Assembly: GCA_964016885.1 (NCBI GenBank)
Contig: OZ024743.1
Span: 171,554,001-171,618,000 of the forward strand
Direction of reading: 5' to 3'
DNA length: 64,000 bases
From: Eledone cirrhosa
Taxonomy: Eukaryota
Position numbers and translations under genes: made by a program
Part shown: in pieces, positions 52,065 through 64,000 of the stretch
Position numbering within the stretch: position 1 is the first letter of the stretch
Layout of the letters: each line of letters starts with the position of its first letter
Notes under the pieces: model-generated
What the model was told of the DNA's origin: nothing
The model's database searches: none
The model's input: only the letters and a program-made list of their open reading frames with translations

Positions 52065-52667
52065 GGTGGCTGCCAACTCGTTTTCGAGTACGGCCACTAC
52101 TTTATATCCATGTAGGAGAACCCCTACCAATGCGCTGAACGAGTGTGACTTTTTAGTCCAGCCAGCGACTTGAAAACTCTGGTACAAACACTACACTTGT
52201 GACAATTATTGACACATAGTGCTGGGCCCATGGTACCATGTGACAAGTGCAGAGAGATCTCCAGATATAAAGCAATGCCTGTGCTGTGAAGCTTTTATAG
52301 TGAGCAAAGGCACTGCACAAGGCCAGTCCCACTCTCTTAACCAAGATGATATTTACCAAAATGAAGAACAATTCAACATCATTGGATACCATCAGGGTTG
52401 CAGGTGTTATATCAGAGTTTTCCTTCTCCTAGAATTCTGCCTTGACAAAGGCTAAGGGGTCATCTCTCCCGGTGATTTTGGATGGCTATTGACTCTTAAG
52501 AGCCCCTTTGCCTTTTGACAGGTTTTGTTTTTAGTCCTGCAGGATGTCCAAAGCCACCCTCCTCACCAAGAAACCTTGGTGGGGTTGCCAGTTTAGTCGC
52601 CAACGACCCGACCATGAGACAGGTTGTACTGGGATACATGTTACCAATAGCACCAACTGGTGACCTG
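52065..52667 (-). mobile_element. ~605-bp non-coding RTE-derived element, copy 2
   Basis: Direct repeat of 51393-51998 with scattered substitutions and the same termini. Confidence 0.6.
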
Positions 52668-52708
52668 ACACATACATACATACATACATACATACATACA
52701 TACATACA

Positions 52709-52739
<31 letters not shown>

Positions 52740-52900
52740 GTTGATAGACGGCAGACACATTGAAGGACATATATGTGAGAAGAATATATTTCATACATAG
52801 ACACGTATGTTTATGCGACAAGTAAACCGAAACAACAAAACAAACATATTATACAATGAAGTTATATATTAATTTACCGCTTGACATAGCAGGGAAAGTG

Positions 52901-52936
52901 TCTTAGCGTCTCAGACATTCATCCTTCATCAGAAGA
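52901..52936 (-). ncRNA. decayed hammerhead-like motif
   Basis: TCTT-CTGATGA-AGGATGAATGTCT-GAGACGCT-AAGA. The GAAA box is mutated to GAGA. Confidence 0.4.
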
Positions 52937-53515
52937 ATGAGAGAATGACAACACAATTGTATGATGAGCTAAATAGAGGAAAGAGACCTGCATGTAAAAC
53001 AAGGTGTGATTTTGCGGCAACATATAAAAGATTGTAGGTTGCATTGAACAACTGGGAAAAAACTGCTTGTGACAGGGTTTTATTGAGGAAAAATCTGTAC
53101 GAGGGGCTGAAAAATTAAGAGTAAAGCGTATAGAACTTGTAAAACTGAAAAGGGCAGTGCAGAAAGTGTATGAGCTACCTGAGGCTTGTCAAAGGAAGAG
53201 CTGACGTGTCCAGTTTGTGGTCGAAGTATTCTGTCCATTTAAAGAGTCGTGAGGAGGGAAACCGAACGGAATACACAGATCTGCAGGTTATGATGTAGCC
53301 TTAACTTGAAAGTATGCGGTAAAGAATGAATGTCCAAGTCAGGCATAAAGGTTCGTCACCCTATTTTATAAACTATTTTATATCCTCTCCGCGCATGAGA
53401 ACATCTTTCTTTATCTTCTCAGCGCTTCGTAAAAGTCCGGAAGACAGAAAAAGATCAACGAGAACAGCAATATCAACTGCAATGATAATGATAAAATCTT
53501 GAAATCCACCCTTAC

Positions 53516-53581
53516 CTGCAACGATCGTCTGAAGTCTTCCCAGCCGAGAAAACCCTTCAACATCCGCAATATAGCCATTCC
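53516..53581 (-). CDS. M1 aminopeptidase exon
   Basis: 66-nt exon, ttttcag acceptor and GTAAG donor. Translates GMAILRMLKGFLGWEDFRRSLQ, continuing the YxK-G...LRML motif. Confidence 0.93.
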
Positions 53582-54645
53582 CTGAAAATAAAAGTATAAG
53601 GAAAATAAAATAAAATGGAAGACTGTATTACCAATTAAAACAGTTGCTACAATAGTCACCAACATCAACATAATAATCTTCAACGTATCCTCATCATTAC
53701 AACAATAGTCTTCGCAATCATCATCAATATTATTCGATATAAACGATATAATGTTCAAGGAAATGAACGGAAGTGAAAAACAAAGGTCCAGGATTTTCTT
53801 GTTTTAATGTTTAGAAGAAAATAGGAGTAGAATTTCCCGCAGTGACGATATATTTAGGGAAGCAGATCTTATTCAATATACAAGAATATGTTACAACGGT
53901 TATATACGGCTCTGTTGAAATATAATTAAGTTGATTTAGTATTGAGCAGAAATCAATGTTAAAGATGGCTGTGTTATGCTACTGTCTAAAAGTCTAAAGT
54001 CTGTCCCGAACTCGGAAGCTCATATCGAAGATATGTACGTCATCTAAACAATCACAAGTATATACGTAACGGAAGGTTTTATATTCACTATCCCTCATAG
54101 TACTAGTATTGAAATAGATGTACTAATTTGCATATTATTTACGTTCGGCTCAATAATTAATTTTGATATATATGAATTTTATATCTGTATATATATACAG
54201 GTAACGGAAACTGCATGAAGTTGGCGTGTTTGCATTTCTTAATTCTCAATGTGGAAGTTATACGCAGTCCCGCTACGGTATATGTACATATATAAATTCA
54301 TCGCATACTTCGTCTGCATTGAGCACAATTTAATAAACTGTATTACGGGATCCCGCTCCTAAGCTATTTTAACTGTACTTCTTTTCTATATCTCTACACA
54401 ACGCTACTCGTTAACCACTTAACGCTAACATGATAGGCTATTTCACATAACAATTTTTGATTTTTGTGATGAGGAATAACCCATAGGAATCAAATAAATT
54501 ATCTACAAAGATTTAACATTAAAACACACCCCTGATAGATACGAGCTGTCCCACAAGCCGGTCAAATTTCTCAAAACACACCATATTTTTATGGTGCCTC
54601 CTATAAAAAATCAACGTGACAGACACTCATATATACGAAACATAC

Positions 54646-54780
54646 CTTGTTGTAGGAAATGTAATCGAAATACTCGAGAATTTGGTCTGTGTTCTCTATA
54701 TGAAAAGACACCGCGTGTGAAGTAAGGAGAGCATCTAAAACCATTACTGGTAAAATCTCGTCTACAACGAGAATAGAAAA
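54646..54780 (-). CDS. M1 aminopeptidase exon with the catalytic Tyr region
   Basis: 135-nt exon, ttccag acceptor and GTATGT donor. Translates FSILVVDEILPVMVLDALLTSHAVSFHIENTDQILEYFDYISYNK (DAL..SH and FD.ISY.K motifs). Phase 0 at both ends. Confidence 0.95.
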
Positions 54781-55205
54781 CTGGAAAGAAGAATGGAATA
54801 AGATATGATTAATTGAATTGTCATATGTCGATTAAAATATAATAGTCATTTTGTTTTTACCTATTCCAAGGCTTCACATATATTTACAAGAGATGGAAAA
54901 TAAGGAATCATAACATCAATTTTCACTGTTGCTGCCACCTTTCATTAGTTCACAAAGCTTTCAGTTGTATATTTCTCCGTGGATTGTGAGAGAATTAGAC
55001 AATTTCAGAATATATTTACAACAATAACCGAATCTCGAGTCAAGTTGTTTGTATTTTTCAATCTACGGAAAATGTGGCATGGATACATGTTTACATCGAT
55101 AAATATGTGTTTTATATATACCGTTATTGCAATAAATGTATGATCAACGGCGTTCCAGTCGTAACTGTACTTGCTTTTTATTGAAATATAACGTTACAAT
55201 GTTAT

Positions 55206-56155
55206 ACTAGACATGAAAAATGCGCAAGCTCAAAAGTGCCACAGAATGTTATAATAAACCTTCAAAAGTGTGGGACTAGAGTTGTTGCTAAAATATATTG
55301 TAATCATTATATATCGTACATTCTGTGGCATCCTTTATAAAAATAGCTTAAACCAACGAAGCCTTTATTTTTACGCTATTTCACTTAGTTAATTCTTAGA
55401 GTGTAACATATAAAAATATGATTTACAACTATAAAATAAATTAATTAATATAATAACAGAGCTGCGGAGATGAAATTTAGGAAATAATGGAGTATCGGAT
55501 CCTGAGTTGGAGCCAGTCAATTTTTAGCCGACTCCGCAGCCCTGTATAATACATTTCATATTAAAGTTATTAATAAACCTATTTTACACTGCATGCAAAT
55601 TACCATGAGATATTGATATTAGATATAAGATACAGCGCAATATCTACAGCTGTAAAAGTACGAAAGCGAAGTAATAATAAGTGGTAATTCCAATATGAAA
55701 GTTTGTAGTGATAAAAATTTGATAATGCAATACGATTGTTAATATTATAGTTCTATGAAAATGTAACAATAGATAACTAAATTATTTTACTATTAGTATA
55801 TTTAAGAAATTATCATTATAGATTTGATCGTTCATATAAGCATCATATTAATTTTCAACACAATTATTTTGTTACTATGAGTATATGATAATAATATTAC
55901 GTAATTATTTATAGCTGTTATTACATTAAACATAGATGTATTTATTTTTATATGTTACACTCTAAGAATTAACTAAGTGAAATAGCGTAAAAATAAAGGC
56001 TTCGTTGGTTTAAGCTATTTTTATAAAGGATGCCACAGAATGTACGATATATAATGATTACAATATTTTTTAGCAACAACTCTAGTCCCACACTTTTGAA
56101 GGTTTATTATAACATTCTGTGGCACTTTTGAGCTTGCGCATTTTTCATGTCTAGT
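55206..56155. repeat. inverted repeat, arms 55206-55418 and 55943-56155 (~213 bp), spacer ~524 bp
   Basis: Arms are reverse complements with one mismatch seen. Confidence 0.95.
55457..55544. mobile_element. 88-bp hAT-type MITE
   Basis: TIRs CAGAGCTGCGGAG and CTCCGCAGCCCTG. 8-bp TSD-like flanks TATAATAA and TATAATAC. Confidence 0.7.
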
Positions 56156-56714
56156 TTAATATTTTTTTAAGGCAACGCTTGTAATAACTCTAGTTAAACA
56201 GGATATATATTAATAATAAATTATCGTTGTAATGTAATTAGATTATGTAATTGTTATTATAAATTATCTTATAAATATTAGTGTAAGATGTATAAAAATA
56301 TTTTCAGACTTTTAATATAAACAACTACAAAAAACAATCAATATTAAATCAATATATTATACATAATAGAAGACATAAAATAAACAATACAAATACAAAA
56401 TATTTACATACAATTGCAATTATCAGTGTATATACATTTTCTTTATATTCCCTGAGCAAATTAATAAGATTTGTTTTTATTGTACATAATTTGATGACTT
56501 GTTGGTGTGTATTAAAAGATAGCAACAATTTGTGATTAAATTGTTATCTTAAGCAACTCACTTTTTAATAGTTGTTGGCTGAGCGAAATTGTAAAAGCCT
56601 ATGAGCAAATATAAAAAAAAAATACACAAACAACATTTCCTTGTGTTATTACAACATTAGATAAAATAATTGAGCAATGTCGTTATATTTTGCTCTTATT
56701 GCACATTAATAGTG

Positions 56715-56880
56715 TTTCTATTTTTCGGCACAAATCCATTACGGCAGTCCATTACTGGTACTTTATTTTATCGAATTAGTAAGTATGAAAGTCGAAGTTA
56801 ACCTCGGCAGGATTTGAACTTAGAATGCAAAGGACCATAACAATACTGCAAAGCATGGTGTCTGACGCTCTACCAATACT
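56715..56880 (-). mobile_element. family 1 SINE, older copy (a further fragment lies at 57828-57876)
   Basis: TTACTGGTACTTTATTTTATCGA...AACCTCGGCAGGATTTGAACT. Confidence 0.75.
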
Positions 56881-57379
56881 TGTGTTGAGCTGGTCATTAA
56901 TTTATGGTGGTCGTGCGTGGAGTAGAGCAATCGCTAGTTGAAATATTATGAACAAAACATTTTTATTTGCCGAAGAACATATTTTCAATACTGTTTGTGA
57001 ATGTGACGAAGGAAATACATTCTGATATGGAACAGTGTACAAAGTGTGTCTGTGAATAACATAATGTTACCTCATGTTGTTGTCAAGACATAATGGATTT
57101 CGTTTATCCAGTTAGAAGATGAAACCTAGCCATCTCGGATTAGTTATATTTCATGCCATGTGTAAACGTGTTTGAGGATAGCAAAATATGCGTGTTTCTT
57201 GTCTGGAAACTTTCTGCTAAACAAATTTGTTTCAGTATATATTTAATATAATATTAATATATTTTGTAATATTATTAACTAATTATTATAATTAGCGCTT
57301 CAGGCTTTGTCTATATACTGAAACAAATTTGTAAGTCATTACCTAATTAAACTCTTTGCTTGAAATTTTATCATTCTTC

Positions 57380-57458
<79 letters not shown>

Positions 57459-58479
57459 TCTAGTCCTTCGCTCAAGATTAATCTATAAGTTTAGATGTCT
57501 GCCTTCGTTTAAGTAAATATTACAGTAAGATTTTTAATATAAACAACTACAAAAAACAATTAATATTAAAACGAAAAAATTATCAATGATAAAAGAAGCG
57601 GATGCAACTTTTTTTTTTATAAAGTTATATTCCTGTTTCTTTAAAGAACATTTAATTTTTGTTCTATTGTAGGCGAAATAATGCATGCAATGGTTTAATA
57701 GGGAAGATATAACTTACCAATTATGTCTCTAACCGTGTAACGCTTTTTAAGTAGATAACTACAATTGAAAATACTAAAGAAATGGAACCAACAATTCAAT
57801 TTGAAAGTCGTCTACTTATAGTGACAGTGTATTACTGGTACTTTATTTTATCGACCCCGTAACGATGAAATGCAAATGCTTAAAATTTAAATTGCCTTAA
57901 TTCTATCGTCTGCTGTTTCATTAAAGGGAGATTCTCGTCTGTATTTAATTCTATCGTCTACTGTTCCACTAAACAGATATACCTCCACTATCGTCTCGAT
58001 TTATACATTTTAACTTATAACTTATACACATTTGATTTGAAATATTTTATCTAGTCCCCCCTCTCAATATTATGATGATTTCTTTCGAATGAAACAGTTC
58101 TAGTCCTGTAGAAGCCATTTATATATATAATTGAACTGAGTTAAAAATTCACAATATTTATAATTAAATAAGCTCATATATATATGTGTGTATTTATCTG
58201 TTTATTGTATTATATATAATGTGTGTATATACAGGATGTCCCCCAAAAATATATACACACTTCAACAGCATTCTAATAACTATTGCCTGTACAGGTAATC
58301 AAAGTGTCAATCGAATGTTAGTTTCGTGTTTTAACAGTACAAATTTACAATACACACATAACACACATAAAACCAGTGTATATACATACATGAGTGTGTA
58401 TAAACATACATGAATGTGTATATACAATATATATGTATATATATATAGACACATATATTCACGGTGCAACGGAACATTA

Positions 58480-58794
58480 AAATATAGATGCGGGAGGGGG
58501 GGTGTATATATAGGGGCGCTGGGGATAAAGGAGTGTAAAGCGTGTGTAATTGATATATTGAAGGAGAGGAGCGTGCAGCGATAGAGTAACAAATATATAG
58601 AGAGGGGGAGAGATGGTATTGAAGGGGAGGAATGCAAAGCGAAAGAGTAAGAGAGATATATATAAAGACGGAACAGATAGAGAGAAACAGGCGTAAGTAA
58701 CAGTGGAAGAGATATATAGAGAGGGGGAAATGTGTTATTGAAGGGGAGGAGTGTAAAGCGAAAGCGTAAGATATATATAGAGAGAGGGGGAATA

Positions 58795-58795
<1 letters not shown>
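58480..58795. repeat. degenerate purine-rich tandem repeat
   Basis: Recurrent ATATATAGAGAGGGGG...TATTGAAGGGGAGGAG.GT.AAGCG. Confidence 0.7.
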
Positions 58796-58840
<45 letters not shown>

Positions 58841-59643
58841 ACACTTACTCTGATTGGTTGAAAATTAGCCAATGACATACGATCACCACCACCACGGCTA
58901 TCCCCGAAAAATTTATGAAGAAGCTAGGCATATATGTTAGAACACGAAAAGTGAACATTCTGTTGTTTCACACTTTTCGTGTTCTAACAGATAATGAACC
59001 CCTCAATTTCAAATTGAAAAGTATAATTTGAGAGAGACTTGGTTTCTATCTCTAACAGGTCGAGTGAGAGAGTAGAGGTTTTCTTATTGGCTCATATCTG
59101 ACATAAGAGAATTGTCCTTTAACAAGGACTGTTTTATCTACTGCTGTTGGATAAAAGTAAAAATCAACAATGAAGGCATTCGTACTCGGAGTGCAGTAAG
59201 ACACAAGTTAATATACATTGTAGATTAATTTCTCCTTGTGGATACCGTCACACTTTACATATTGATCCTATAACCACGTGACATCAAACAACAAATAAAA
59301 AGAACAAATATATCCTTTATTTTAATTTCTGTCAACATTTTTATATGCTTTAACAAAGTTGTCATCAAAGGTGTTTTAACTATAACCATCTCATTTTTAT
59401 TTCAGACATGATATATCTGGAGAATTATCCAATGCATTTTTACGTTTTTTTAAACGGTAAATTAACCAAAACAAAAGAGAAGGGAAAGAGAAGTAAGAAA
59501 ACTAAAAAATAAAGAATTCAGCAACAAAAGAAAGGTAGAGGGACAGACTCTACAACCCTGTCTGAGCGGTGATTAGCCTTGCAGACAGAATTTAATCCTC
59601 CATTTTGCGATAATATTTATGTTTGATGTATTAATACACTTAC

Positions 59644-59757
59644 CACATCCCAGTCTGGGTGCACATGGTTCATTCCAAAATACATGAGTATACTGGCAAA
59701 CCCTTCGTTAAGCCAAATGTCATCCCACCATTTCAAAGTCGCCATGTTTCCAAACCA
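59644..59757 (-). CDS. M1 aminopeptidase (aminopeptidase N/ENPEP-like) exon with the distal zinc-ligand motif
   Basis: 114-nt exon, tag acceptor and GTAAGT donor. Translates [38 protein letters not shown], the WFGN..T..WW.D.WLNEGFA motif that follows HEXXH in M1 peptidases. Confidence 0.95.
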
Positions 59758-59916
59758 CTATAACAGAGAGAGAGAGAAAGCGAGAGAGAGAGAGAGAGAG
59801 AGAGAGAATTAAGATACTACAAAATGAGAAATATATGAGTTTTTAGAATATTATAATTAATATTCGAAATTATTGCACACACACACACACACAAACACAC
59901 AAACACACACACACAG

Positions 59917-60002
<86 letters not shown>

Positions 60003-60163
60003 ATATTTAAAAGAATAGAGGTGTAACACACAAGTTATGATATATTGGTAAACGGAAAAGAAAATGCTGACAAATTGTTCACAGTGATAAATAGTTTAAT
60101 TAGAAATAAGTGAGAATTAGTAATAGTATTGGTTAGTATTCAGTTTTGGTTTTAAGTTTTACC

Positions 60164-63113
<2,950 letters not shown>

Positions 63114-63369
63114 TGTGTGTGTACAAGCAGACACATACACACACACATATATATACACACACATATACATACATTCACACAAACATACAACGTACATACA
63201 TACACATACATGAATGCACTCCACTGCATATTAACACACGCAAATAAATATAAGAAAAAAATATATTAATATATATTAACAAAATTTTTGACAGCGATAC
63301 ATGCCCCAGTTAACAGGACAGACACGCGTGGTAAGTAATACACACATAAGCACATATACATACAAAGAG

Positions 63370-64000
63370 TCTTGCCATCCTCCTATAGTTTTTAATAATC
63401 TTATTCCTAACATTAGCCGTAGGATTTCTACCTTATCTTCGTCTATAGACATTTTTAATAAAGCCGCCCCTTATTATAATAAAGCCCTTAAGAACAGCGG
63501 TTTTACAGAAAATATTTCTTATCTACCTACTCCCCCCCCCCCTAAAACTAACCATAATAACAGGAAAAGGAAGATTATTTGGTTCACACCCCCCTTCTCT
63601 CTAAATGTCAAAACTAATGTAGGAAGGAAATTCCTTGAACTATTAGACAAACATTTTCCTCCTATTCATAGATATTATAAGATTTTTAATAGGAATGTAG
63701 TTAAGATCAGCTACTCTTGTTGCCCATCCATGAAGTCCAAAATCACCAGTTCAAACCGTACGAGGATCAATCCAGGATGCAGTTGCAGGAAGCCGGACGA
63801 ATGCCCATTGCAGGGTAAATGTAACACAAAATCTGTCGTTTATGAGGCTAAAATAACGCCAGTTATCAACAACCAGCCAGCCAGAAGCGAGCGATATGTC
63901 GGTATGACCCAGGACAGGTTTAAAACCAGATTTTACTCACATGTCGCTTCTTTTAAACACTCAGATAAACGAACATCAACGGCCCTCGCAAGTAAGGTAT
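63370..64000 (+). mobile_element. Naiad-like PLE, 5'-truncated, open frame running off the window
   Basis: Stop-free frame SCHPPIVF..RRISTLS..RKIIWFTPPFS..KISYSCCP..CSCRKPDECPLQGKC..VVYEA..RYVGMT. Same family as 7476-8110. Confidence 0.92.

Noticed and set aside
53411-53758. 115-aa hydrophobic ORF as a standalone gene
   Set aside because: Only 53516-53581 has splice signals and homology. The remainder is intron read-through.

Overview
AT-rich, microsatellite-dense animal DNA. The repeat repertoire suggests a coleoid cephalopod, probably an octopod (inference only). The only host gene I can support is an M1-family zinc aminopeptidase (aminopeptidase N/ENPEP-like) on the minus strand. It has four short GT-AG exons (59644-59757, 54646-54780, 53516-53581, 29533-29598) that splice in frame, and the ORF track does not call them as exons. 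The rest is intron filled with nested mobile elements: Penelope-like elements (PLEs, several Naiad-like) with minimal hammerhead ribozymes, four Tx1-clade LINE copies, several R4/Dong LINEs, single RTE, CRE-like and CR1-like LINEs, tRNA-derived SINEs, non-autonomous Helitrons, a hAT-type MITE, a 4.1-kb 27-bp minisatellite and a ~2.7-kb (TA)n tract. Main observations: (1) Tx1 LINEs and a SINE share (ATT)n polarity and a CUUGU-loop hairpin at identical spacing from the tail, while Dong elements use the same tracts in the opposite orientation. (2) Two Tx1 copies have near-identical ORF2 but divergent ORF1, and one is joined to a 17-nt Dong 3' end. (3) Several hammerheads lie on the host sense strand. 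(4) Two PLE ends share a covarying structured 3' tail. (5) There are three young, long inverted duplications, two of them just upstream of exons. All alignments were done by eye and element boundaries are approximate.
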